Origin: Eledone cirrhosa
Lineage: Eukaryota
Assembly: GCA_964016885.1 (NCBI GenBank)
Contig: OZ024742.1
Location: forward strand, 163,370,001-163,434,000
Direction: 5' to 3'
DNA: 64,000 nt
Shown here: positions 1-11,947 of the stretch, piece after piece
How positions within the stretch are numbered: position 1 is the first letter of the stretch
Layout of the letters: each line of letters starts with the position of its first letter
Program-made: the position numbers and the translations under genes
The notes under the pieces: generated by a model
Seen by the model: only the letters and a program-made list of their open reading frames with translations
What the model was told of the DNA's origin: nothing
Databases searched by the model: none

Positions 1-3000
1 ATATGTCTCCTTGGACGGCTGGAAATTATCTCCCCTTGCACGGCTGGAAATTATCTCCCCTTGGACGGCTGGAAATTATCTCTCCTTGGACGGCTAGAAA
101 TTACCTCTCCTTGGACGGCTGAAAATTATCTCCCCTTGGACGGCTGGAAATTATCTCCCCTTGATTTTTGTTACAAATTATCTCCCCTGATTTTTTTTTA
201 CAAATTATCTCCCCCTGATTTTTTTTTACAAATTATCTTCCCCTGATTTTTTATAACAAATTATCTCCCCCTGATATTTTTTACAAATTATCTCCCCCTG
301 ATTTTTTTACAAATTATCTCCCCTTGGCTGGCTGGAAATTATCTCCCCTTGGAGGCTGGAATTTATCTCCCCTTGGACGGTTAGAAATTACCTCTCCTTG
401 GACGGCAAGAAAATATGTCTCCTTGGACGGCTGGAAATTATCTCCCCTTGGACGGCTGGAAATTATCTCCCCTTGGACGGCTGGAAATTATCTCCCCTTG
501 GACGGCTAGATATTACCTCCCCTTGGACGGCTGGAAATTATCTCCCCTTGATTTTTTTTACAAATTATCTCCCCCTGATTTTTTTTACAAATTATCTCAC
601 CCTGATTTTTTTACAAATTATCTCCCCCTGATTTTTTTACAAATTATCTCCCCCTGATTTTTTTTACAAATTATCTCCGCCTAATTTTTTTAAATATTAT
701 CTTCCTTTGGCTGGCGGGAAATTATCTCCCCTTGGACGGCTGAAAATTATCTCCCCTTGGACGGCTGGAAATTATCTCCCCTTGATTTTTTTTACAAATA
801 AACTCCCCCTGATTATATTTTACAAATTATCTCCCCCTGATTTTTTTTACAAATTATCTCCCCCTGATTTTTTTACAAATTATCTCCCCTTGGCTGGCTG
901 GAAATTATCTCCCCTTGGAGGCTGGAATTTATCTCCCCTTGGACGGCTGGAAATTATCTCTCCTTGGACGGCTGGAAAATATGTCTCCTTGGACGGCTGG
1001 AAATTATCTCCCCTTGCACGGCTGGAAATTATCTCCCCTTGGACGGCTGGAAATTATCTCTCCTTGGACGGCTAGAAATTACCTCTCCTTGGACGGCTGA
1101 AAATTATCTCCCCTTGGACGGCTGGAAATTATCTCCCCTTGATTTTTGTTACAAATTATCTCCCTCTGATTTTTTTTTACAAATTATCTCCCCCTGATTT
1201 TTTTTTACAAATTATCTTCCCCTGATTTTTTATAACAAATTATCTCCCCCTGATATTTTTTACAAATTATCTCCCCCTGATTTTTTTACAAATTATCTCC
1301 CCTTGGCTGGCTGGAAATTATCTCCCCTTGGAGGCTGGAATTTATCTCCCCTTGGACGGTTATAAATTACCTCTCCTTGGACGGCAAGAAAATATGTCTC
1401 CTTGGACGGCTGGAAATTATCTCCCCTTGGACGGCTGGAAATTATCTCCCCTTGGACGGCTGGAAACTATCTCCCCTTGGACGGCTAGATATTAGCTCCC
1501 CTTGGACGGCTGGAAATTATCTCCCCTTGATTTTTTTTACAAATTATCTCCCCCTAATTTTTTTTACAAATTATCTCCCCCTGATTTTTTTTACGAATTA
1601 TCTCCCCCTGATTTTTTTTTACAAACTATCTCCGCCTGATTTTTTTTTAAAAATGATCTCCCCTTGGACGGCTGGAAATTATCTCCCCTTGGACGGCTGG
1701 AAATTATCTCCCCTTGGACGGCTAGAAATTACCTCTCCTTGGACGGCTGAAAATTATCTCCCCTTGGACGGCTGGAAATTATCTCCCCTTGATTTTTTTT
1801 ACAAATTATCTCCCCCTGATTATTTTTTACAAATTATCTCCCCCTGATTTTTTTTTACAAATTATCTCCCCCTGATTTTTTTTACAAATTATCTCCCCCT
1901 GATTTTTTTACAAATTATCTCCCCTTGGCTGGCTGGAAATTATCTCCCCTTGGAGGCTGGAATTTATCTCCCCTTGGACGGCTGGAAATTATCTCTCCTT
2001 GGACGACTAGAAATTACCTCTCCTTGGACGGCTGGAAAATATGTCTCCTTGGACGGCTGGAAATTATCTCCCCTTCGACGGCTGGAAATTATCTCCCCTT
2101 GGACGGCTGGAAATTATCTCTCCTTGGACGGCTAGAAATTACCTCTCCTTGGACGGCTGAAAATTATCTCCCCTTGGACGGCTGGAAATTATCTCCCCTT
2201 GATTTTTTTTACAAATTATCTCCCCCTGATTATTTTTTACAAATTATCTCCCACTGATTTTTTTTTACAAATTATCTCCCCCTGATTTTTTTACAAATTA
2301 TCTCCCCCTGATTTTTTTTACAAATTATCTCCGCCTAATTTTTTTAAATATTATCTTCCCTTGGCTGGCGGGAAATTATCTCCCCTTGGACGGCTGAAAA
2401 TTATCTCCCCTTGGACGGCTGGAAATTATCTCCCCTTGATTTTTTTTACAAATTATCTCCCCCTGATTATTTTTTACAAATTATCTCCCCCTGATTTTTT
2501 TTTACAAATTATCTCCCCCTGATTTTTTTTACAAATTATCTCCCCCTGATTTTTTTACAAATTATCTCCCCTTGGCTGGCTGGAAATTATCTCCCCTTGG
2601 AGGCTGGAATTTATCTCCCCTTGGACGGCTGGAAATTATCTCTCCTTGGACGGCTAGAAATTACCTCTCCTTGGACGGCTGGAAAATATGTCTCCTTGGA
2701 CGGCTGGAAATTATCTCCCCTTGGACGGCTGGAAATTATCTCCCCTTGGACGGCTGGAAATTATCTCTCCTTGGACGGCTAGAAATTACCTCTCCTTGGA
2801 CGGCTGAAAATTATCTCCCCTTGGACGGCTGGAAATTATCTCCCCTTGATTTTTGTTACAAATTATCTCCCCCTGATTTTTTTTTACAAATTATCTCCCC
2901 GATTTTTTTTTACAAATTATCTCCCCCTGATATTTTTTTACAAATTATCTCCCCCTGATATTTTTTACAAATTATCTCCCCCTGATTTTTTTACAAATTA

Positions 3001-5759
3001 TCTCCCCTTGGCTGGCTGGAAATTATCTCCCCTTGGACGGCTGGAAATTATCTCCCCTTGGACGGCTGGAAATTATCTCCCCCTGATTTTTTTTACAAAT
3101 TATCTCCACCTGATTTTTTAAAAAATTATCTCCCCTTGGACGGCAGTAAATTATCTCTCCTTGGCTGGAAATTATCTCCCCTTGGACGGCTAGAAATTAT
3201 CTCTATTTGGACGGCTGGAAATTATCTCCCTTTGATTTTTTTACAAATTATCTCCCCCTGATTTTTTAAAAAAATTATCTCTCCTTGGACGGCTGGAAAT
3301 TATCTCCCCTTGATTTTTTTTACAAATTATCTCCCCCTGATTTTTTTTTACAAATTATCTCCCCCTGATTTTTTTTTACAAATTATCTACCCCTGATTTT
3401 TTTTTACAAATTATCTCCCCCTGATTTTTTTTACAAATTATCTCCCCCTGATTTTTTTACAAATTATCTCCCCCTGATTTTTTTACAAATTATCTCCCCC
3501 TGATTTTTTTTACAAATTATCTCCCCCTGATTTTTTTACAAATTATCTCCCCTTGGCTGGCTGGAAATTATCTCCCCTTGGAGGCTGGAATTTATCTCCC
3601 CTTGGACGGCTGGAAATTATCTCTCTTTGGACGGCTAGAAATTACCTCTCCTTGGACGGCTGGAAAATATGTCTCCTTGGACGGCTGGAAATTATCTCCC
3701 CTTGGACGGCTGGAAATTATCTCCCCTTGGACGTCTGGAAATTATCTCTCCTTGGACGGCTAGAAATTACCTCTCCTTGGACGGCTGAAAATTATCTCCC
3801 CTTGGACGGCTGGAAATTATCTCCACTTGATTTTTGTTACAAATTATCTCCCCCTGATTTTTTTTTACAAATTATCTCCCCGATTTTTTTTTACAAATTA
3901 TCTCCCCCTGATATTTTTTTACAAATTATCTCCCCCTGATATTTTTTACAAATTATCTCCCCCTGATTTTTTTACAAATTATCTCCTCTTGGCTGGCTGG
4001 AAATTATCTCCCCTTGGACGGCTGGAAATTATCTCCCCTTGGACGGCTAGATATTACCTCCCCTTGGACGGCTGGAAATTATCTCCCCTTGATTTTTTTT
4101 ACAAATTATCTCCCCCGATTTTTTTTTACAAATTATCTCCCCCTGATTTTTTTTTACGAATTATCTCCCCCTGATTTTTTTTTACAAACAATCTCCGCCT
4201 GATTTTTTTTTAAAATGATCTCCCCTTGGACGGCTGGAAATTATCTCCCCTTGGACGGCTGGAAATTATCTCCCCTTGGACGGCTAGAAATTACCTCTCC
4301 TTGGACGGCTGAAAATTATCTCCCCTTGGACGGCTGCAAATTATCTCCCCCTGATTTTTTTTTACAAATTATCTCCCCCTGATTTTTTTTTACAAATTAT
4401 CTCCCCTTGGACGGCTGGAAATTATCTCCCCTTGATTTTTTTACAAATTATCTCCCCCTGATTTTTTTTACAAATTATCTCCCCCTGATTTTTTTTTTAC
4501 AAATTATCTCCCCCTGATTTTTTTACAAATTATCTCCCCCTGATTTTTTTTACAAATTATCTCCGCCTGATTTTTTTAAATATATTCCCTTGGCTGGCGG
4601 GAAATTATCTCCCCTTGGACGGCTGAAAATTATCTTCCCTTGGACGGCTGGAAATTATCTCCCCTTGATTTTTTTTACAAATTATCTCCCCCTGATTTTT
4701 TATAACAAATTATCTCCCCCTGATTTTTTTTTACAAATTATCTCCCCATGATTTTTTTTTACAAATTATCTCCCCCTGATTTTTTTTTACAAACTATCTC
4801 CGCCTGATTTTTTTAAAAAAATGATCTCCCCTTGGACGGCTAGAAATTACCTCTCCTTAGACGGCTGAAAATTATCTCCCCTTGGACGGCTGCAAATTAT
4901 CTCCCCTTGATTTTTTTAACAAATTATCTCCCCCTGATTTTTTTTACAAATTATCTCCCCCTGATTTTTTTTACAAATTATCTACGCCTAATTTTTTTTA
5001 CAAATTATCTCCCCCTGATTTTTTTTTACAAATTATCTCCCCCTGATTTTTTTTTACAAATTATACCCCCGATTTTTTTTACAAATTATCTCCCCCTGAT
5101 TTTTTTTACAAATTATCTCCCCTTGGACGGCTGGAAATTATCTCCCCTTGGACGGCTGGAAATTATCTCCCCTTGGACGGCTAGAAATTACCTCTCCTTG
5201 GACGACTGAAAATTATCTCCCCTTGGACGGCTGCAAATTATCTCCCCTTGATTTTTTTTACAAATTATCTACCCCTGATTTTTTTTTACAAATTATCTCC
5301 CCCTGATTTTTTTTACAAATTATCTCCCCCTGATTTTTTTACAAATTATCTCCCCCTGATTTTTTTACAAATTATCTCCCCCTGATTTTTTTTACAAATT
5401 ATCTCCGCCTAATTTTTTTAAATATTATCTTCCCTTGGCTGGCGGGAAATTATCTCCCCTTGGACGGCTGAAAATTATCTCCCCTTGGACGGCTGGAAAT
5501 TATCTCCCCTTGATTTTTTTTACAAATAAACTCCCCCTGATTATATTTTACAAATTATCTCCCCCTGATTTTTTTTTACAAATTATCTCCCCCTGATTTT
5601 TTTTACAAATTATCTCCCCCTGATTTTTTTACAAATAATCTCCCCTTGGCTGGCTGGAAATTATCTCCCCTTGGAGGCTGGAATTTATCTCCCCTTGGAC
5701 GGCTGGAAATTATCTCTCCTTGGACGGCTAGAAATTACCTCTCCTTGGACGGCTGGAAA
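1..5759. repeat. HOR copy 1 (~5.76 kb period)
   Basis: Identical ORF-track peptides recur at +5759 (324/6083, 707/6466, 1377/7136, 1925/7684) and +5760 (3058/8818, 3553/9313, 4014/9774). Rare variants such as AAACTATC...GATATTAGCTCC (~1465-1498 and ~7224-7257) are shared. Confidence 0.95.
1925..2198 (+). repeat. Example of A-cassette I (long run: GCTGGCTGG, 24-bp GAGG unit, CTAG..ACCTCTCC, AAAATATGTCTCC, ...)
   Basis: The same ordered variant series opens dozens of A runs (e.g. 324, 2572, 3553, 23211, 40775, 48944, 61873). Confidence 0.9.
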
Positions 5760-8700
5760 ATATGTCTCCTTGGACGGCTGGAAATTATCTCCCCTTGCAC
5801 GGCTGGAAATTATCTCCCCTTGGACGGCTGGAAATTATCTCTCCTTGGACGGCTAGAAATTACCTCTCCTTGGACGGCTGAAAATTATCTCCCCTTGGAC
5901 GGCTGGAAATTATCTCCCCTTGATTTTTGTTACAAATTATCTCCCCTGATTTTTTTTTACAAATTATCTCCCCCTGATTTTTTTTTACAAATTATCTTCC
6001 CCTGATTTTTTATAACAAATTATCTCCCCCTGATATTTTTTACAAATTATCTCCCCCTGATTTTTTTACAAATTATCTCCCCTTGGCTGGCTGGAAATTA
6101 TCTCCCCTTGGAGGCTGGAATTTATCTCCCCTTGGACGGTTAGAAATTACCTCTCCTTGGACGGCAAGAAAATATGTCTCCTTGGACGGCTGGAAATTAT
6201 CTCCCCTTGGACGGCTGGAAATTATCTCCCCTTGGACGGCTGGAAATTATCTCCCCTTGGACGGCTAGATATTACCTCCCCTTGGACGGCTGGAAATTAT
6301 CTCCCCTTGATTTTTTTTACAAATTATCTCCCCCTGATTTTTTTTACAAATTATCTCACCCTGATTTTTTTACAAATTATCTCCCCCTGATTTTTTTACA
6401 AATTATCTCCCCCTGATTTTTTTTACAAATTATCTCCGCCTAATTTTTTTAAATATTATCTTCCTTTGGCTGGCGGGAAATTATCTCCCCTTGGACGGCT
6501 GAAAATTATCTCCCCTTGGACGGCTGGAAATTATCTCCCCTTGATTTTTTTTACAAATAAACTCCCCCTGATTATATTTTACAAATTATCTCCCCCTGAT
6601 TTTTTTTACAAATTATCTCCCCCTGATTTTTTTACAAATTATCTCCCCTTGGCTGGCTGGAAATTATCTCCCCTTGGAGGCTGGAATTTATCTCCCCTTG
6701 GACGGCTGGAAATTATCTCTCCTTGGACGGCTGGAAAATATGTCTCCTTGGACGGCTGGAAATTATCTCCCCTTGCACGGCTGGAAATTATCTCCCCTTG
6801 GACGGCTGGAAATTATCTCTCCTTGGACGGCTAGAAATTACCTCTCCTTGGACGGCTGAAAATTATCTCCCCTTGGACGGCTGGAAATTATCTCCCCTTG
6901 ATTTTTGTTACAAATTATCTCCCTCTGATTTTTTTTTACAAATTATCTCCCCCTGATTTTTTTTTACAAATTATCTTCCCCTGATTTTTTATAACAAATT
7001 ATCTCCCCCTGATATTTTTTACAAATTATCTCCCCCTGATTTTTTTACAAATTATCTCCCCTTGGCTGGCTGGAAATTATCTCCCCTTGGAGGCTGGAAT
7101 TTATCTCCCCTTGGACGGTTATAAATTACCTCTCCTTGGACGGCAAGAAAATATGTCTCCTTGGACGGCTGGAAATTATCTCCCCTTGGACGGCTGGAAA
7201 TTATCTCCCCTTGGACGGCTGGAAACTATCTCCCCTTGGACGGCTAGATATTAGCTCCCCTTGGACGGCTGGAAATTATCTCCCCTTGATTTTTTTTACA
7301 AATTATCTCCCCCTAATTTTTTTTACAAATTATCTCCCCCTGATTTTTTTTACGAATTATCTCCCCCTGATTTTTTTTTACAAACTATCTCCGCCTGATT
7401 TTTTTTTAAAAATGATCTCCCCTTGGACGGCTGGAAATTATCTCCCCTTGGACGGCTGGAAATTATCTCCCCTTGGACGGCTAGAAATTACCTCTCCTTG
7501 GACGGCTGAAAATTATCTCCCCTTGGACGGCTGGAAATTATCTCCCCTTGATTTTTTTTACAAATTATCTCCCCCTGATTATTTTTTACAAATTATCTCC
7601 CCCTGATTTTTTTTTACAAATTATCTCCCCCTGATTTTTTTTACAAATTATCTCCCCCTGATTTTTTTACAAATTATCTCCCCTTGGCTGGCTGGAAATT
7701 ATCTCCCCTTGGAGGCTGGAATTTATCTCCCCTTGGACGGCTGGAAATTATCTCTCCTTGGACGACTAGAAATTACCTCTCCTTGGACGGCTGGAAAATA
7801 TGTCTCCTTGGACGGCTGGAAATTATCTCCCCTTCGACGGCTGGAAATTATCTCCCCTTGGACGGCTGGAAATTATCTCTCCTTGGACGGCTAGAAATTA
7901 CCTCTCCTTGGACGGCTGAAAATTATCTCCCCTTGGACGGCTGGAAATTATCTCCCCTTGATTTTTTTTACAAATTATCTCCCCCTGATTATTTTTTACA
8001 AATTATCTCCCACTGATTTTTTTTTACAAATTATCTCCCCCTGATTTTTTTACAAATTATCTCCCCCTGATTTTTTTTACAAATTATCTCCGCCTAATTT
8101 TTTTAAATATTATCTTCCCTTGGCTGGCGGGAAATTATCTCCCCTTGGACGGCTGAAAATTATCTCCCCTTGGACGGCTGGAAATTATCTCCCCTTGATT
8201 TTTTTTACAAATTATCTCCCCCTGATTATTTTTTACAAATTATCTCCCCCTGATTTTTTTTTACAAATTATCTCCCCCTGATTTTTTTTACAAATTATCT
8301 CCCCCTGATTTTTTTACAAATTATCTCCCCTTGGCTGGCTGGAAATTATCTCCCCTTGGAGGCTGGAATTTATCTCCCCTTGGACGGCTGGAAATTATCT
8401 CTCCTTGGACGGCTAGAAATTACCTCTCCTTGGACGGCTGGAAAATATGTCTCCTTGGACGGCTGGAAATTATCTCCCCTTGGACGGCTGGAAATTATCT
8501 CCCCTTGGACGGCTGGAAATTATCTCTCCTTGGACGGCTAGAAATTACCTCTCCTTGGACGGCTGAAAATTATCTCCCCTTGGACGGCTGGAAATTATCT
8601 CCCCTTGATTTTTGTTACAAATTATCTCCCCCTGATTTTTTTTTACAAATTATCTCCCCGATTTTTTTTTTACAAATTATCTCCCCCTGATATTTTTTTA

Positions 8701-10910
8701 CAAATTATCTCCCCCTGATATTTTTTACAAATTATCTCCCCCTGATTTTTTTACAAATTATCTCCCCTTGGCTGGCTGGAAATTATCTCCCCTTGGACGG
8801 CTGGAAATTATCTCCCCTTGGACGGCTGGAAATTATCTCCCCCTGATTTTTTTTACAAATTATCTCCACCTGATTTTTTAAAAAATTATCTCCCCTTGGA
8901 CGGCAGTAAATTATCTCTCCTTGGCTGGAAATTATCTCCCCTTGGACGGCTAGAAATTATCTCTATTTGGACGGCTGGAAATTATCTCCCTTTGATTTTT
9001 TTACAAATTATCTCCCCCTGATTTTTTAAAAAAATTATCTCTCCTTGGACGGCTGGAAATTATCTCCCCTTGATTTTTTTTACAAATTATCTCCCCCTGA
9101 TTTTTTTTTACAAATTATCTCCCCCTGATTTTTTTTTACAAATTATCTACCCCTGATTTTTTTTTACAAATTATCTCCCCCTGATTTTTTTTACAAATTA
9201 TCTCCCCCTGATTTTTTTACAAATTATCTCCCCCTGATTTTTTTACAAATTATCTCCCCCTGATTTTTTTTACAAATTATCTCCCCCTGATTTTTTTACA
9301 AATTATCTCCCCTTGGCTGGCTGGAAATTATCTCCCCTTGGAGGCTGGAATTTATCTCCCCTTGGACGGCTGGAAATTATCTCTCTTTGGACGGCTAGAA
9401 ATTACCTCTCCTTGGACGGCTGGAAAATATGTCTCCTTGGACGGCTGGAAATTATCTCCCCTTGGACGGCTGGAAATTATCTCCCCTTGGACGTCTGGAA
9501 ATTATCTCTCCTTGGACGGCTAGAAATTACCTCTCCTTGGACGGCTGAAAATTATCTCCCCTTGGACGGCTGGAAATTATCTCCACTTGATTTTTGTTAC
9601 AAATTATCTCCCCCTGATTTTTTTTTACAAATTATCTCCCCGATTTTTTTTTACAAATTATCTCCCCCTGATATTTTTTTACAAATTATCTCCCCCTGAT
9701 ATTTTTTACAAATTATCTCCCCCTGATTTTTTTACAAATTATCTCCTCTTGGCTGGCTGGAAATTATCTCCCCTTGGACGGCTGGAAATTATCTCCCCTT
9801 GGACGGCTAGATATTACCTCCCCTTGGACGGCTGGAAATTATCTCCCCTTGATTTTTTTTACAAATTATCTCCCCCGATTTTTTTTTACAAATTATCTCC
9901 CCCTGATTTTTTTTTACGAATTATCTCCCCCTGATTTTTTTTTACAAACAATCTCCGCCTGATTTTTTTTTTAAAATGATCTCCCCTTGGACGGCTGGAA
10001 ATTATCTCCCCTTGGACGGCTGGAAATTATCTCCCCTTGGACGGCTAGAAATTACCTCTCCTTGGACGGCTGAAAATTATCTCCCCTTGGACGGCTGCAA
10101 ATTATCTCCCCCTGATTTTTTTTTACAAATTATCTCCCCCTGATTTTTTTTTACAAATTATCTCCCCTTGGACGGCTGGAAATTATCTCCCCTTGATTTT
10201 TTTACAAATTATCTCCCCCTGATTTTTTTTACAAATTATCTCCCCCTGATTTTTTTTTTACAAATTATCTCCCCCTGATTTTTTTACAAATTATCTCCCC
10301 CTGATTTTTTTTACAAATTATCTCCGCCTGATTTTTTTAAATATATTCCCTTGGCTGGCGGGAAATTATCTCCCCTTGGACGGCTGAAAATTATCTTCCC
10401 TTGGACGGCTGGAAATTATCTCCCCTTGATTTTTTTTACAAATTATCTCCCCCTGATTTTTTATAACAAATTATCTCCCCCTGATTTTTTTTTACAAATT
10501 ATCTCCCCATGATTTTTTTTTACAAATTATCTCCCCCTGATTTTTTTTTACAAACTATCTCCGCCTGATTTTTTTAAAAAAATGATCTCCCCTTGGACGG
10601 CTAGAAATTACCTCTCCTTAGACGGCTGAAAATTATCTCCCCTTGGACGGCTGCAAATTATCTCCCCTTGATTTTTTTAACAAATTATCTCCCCCTGATT
10701 TTTTTTACAAATTATCTCCCCCTGATTTTTTTTACAAATTATCTACGCCTAATTTTTTTTACAAATTATCTCCCCCTGATTTTTTTTTACAAATTATCTC
10801 CCCCTGATTTTTTTTTACAAATTATCTCCCCCTGATTTTTTTTTTACAAATTATCTCCCCCCTGATTTTTTTTACAATCTCCGCCTGATTTTTTTAAAAA
10901 TTATCTTCCC

Positions 10911-11060
10911 TTGGCTGGCGGGAAATTATCTCCCCTTGGACGGCTGGAAATTATATCCCCTTGGAAGGATGGAAATTATCTCCCCTTGGACGGCTGGAAA
11001 TTATCTCCCCTTGGACGGCTGGAAATTATCTCCCCTTGGACAGCTGGAAATTATCTGCCC
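10911..11060 (+). repeat. Example of A-cassette III (GCTGGCGGG, GAAGGATGG, GACAG..TCTGCCC; 6 units)
   Basis: Recurs at 15661, 22403, 26258, 28330, 32064, 33724, 36716, 42353, 44773, 47126, 48215, 49510, 52187, 53482, 55979 and 62938, followed by the TTGATTTTGTTTTTAC B variant. Confidence 0.9.
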
Positions 11061-11394
11061 TTGATTTTGTTTTTACAAATTATCTCCCCCTGATTTTTTT
11101 TACAAATTATCTCCACCTGATTTTTAAAAAATTATCTCCCCTTAGACGGCAGTAAATTATCTCTCCTTGGCTGGAAATTATCTCCCCTTGGACGGCTAGA
11201 AATTATCTCTATTTGGACGGCTGGAAATTATCTCCCTATGATTTTTTTTACAAATTATCTCCCCCTGATTTTTTTTAAAAATTATCTCTCCATGGACGGC
11301 TGGAAATTATCTCCCCTTGATTTTTTTTACAAATTATCTCCCCCTGATTTTTTTTACAAATCTCCCCCTGATTTTTAAAAAAAAATTATCTCCC

Positions 11395-11494
11395 CTTCGC
11401 TGGCTGGAAATTATCTCCCCTTGGACACTGGAAATTATAGCCCCTTGGAGGGCTGGAAATTATCTTCCCTTGGACGGCTGGAAATTATCTCTCC
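11395..11494 (+). repeat. Example of A-cassette IV (TTCGCTGG, GACACTGG..ATAGCCCC, GAGGG..CTTCCC; 4 units)
   Basis: Recurs from ~11.4 kb to ~63.3 kb, nearly always after a shortened B unit and a T5-6/A8-9-type junction unit. Confidence 0.88.
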
Positions 11495-11947
11495 TTGATT
11501 TTTTTACAAATTATCTCCACCTGATTTTTTTTTACAAATTATCCCCCCGATTTTTTTTACAAATTATCTCCCCCTGATTTTTTTTACAAATTATCTCCCC
11601 TTGGACGGCTGGAAATTATCTCCCCTTGGACGGCTGGAAATTATCTCCCCTTGGACGGCTAGAAATTACCTCTCCTTGGACGACTGAAAATTATCTCCCC
11701 TTGGACGGCTGCAAATTATCTCCCCTTGATTTTTTTTACAAATTATCTACCCCTGATTTTTTTTTACAAATTATCTCCCCCTGATTTTTTTTACAAATTA
11801 TCTCCCCCTGATTTTTTTACAAATTATCTCCCCTTGGCTGGCTGGAAATTATCTCCCCTTGGAGGCTGGAATTTATCTCCCCTTGGACGGCTGGAAATTA
11901 TCTCTCCTTGGACGGCTAGAAATTACCTCTCCTTGGACGGCTGGAAA

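Larger units (their letters stand above)
5760..11947. repeat. HOR copy 2 (~6.19 kb); near-identical to copy 1 up to ~10820, then +717 bp and -290 bp relative to it
   Basis: The marker GACGACTGAA is at 5201 and 11679 (offset 6478 vs 5761 upstream). The offset then falls to 6188 (5671/11859, 6083/12271). Confidence 0.9.

Noticed and set aside
545-700. Poly-T tracts as rho-independent or Pol III terminators
   Set aside because: There is no preceding GC hairpin and no upstream gene. They are simply part of monomer B.
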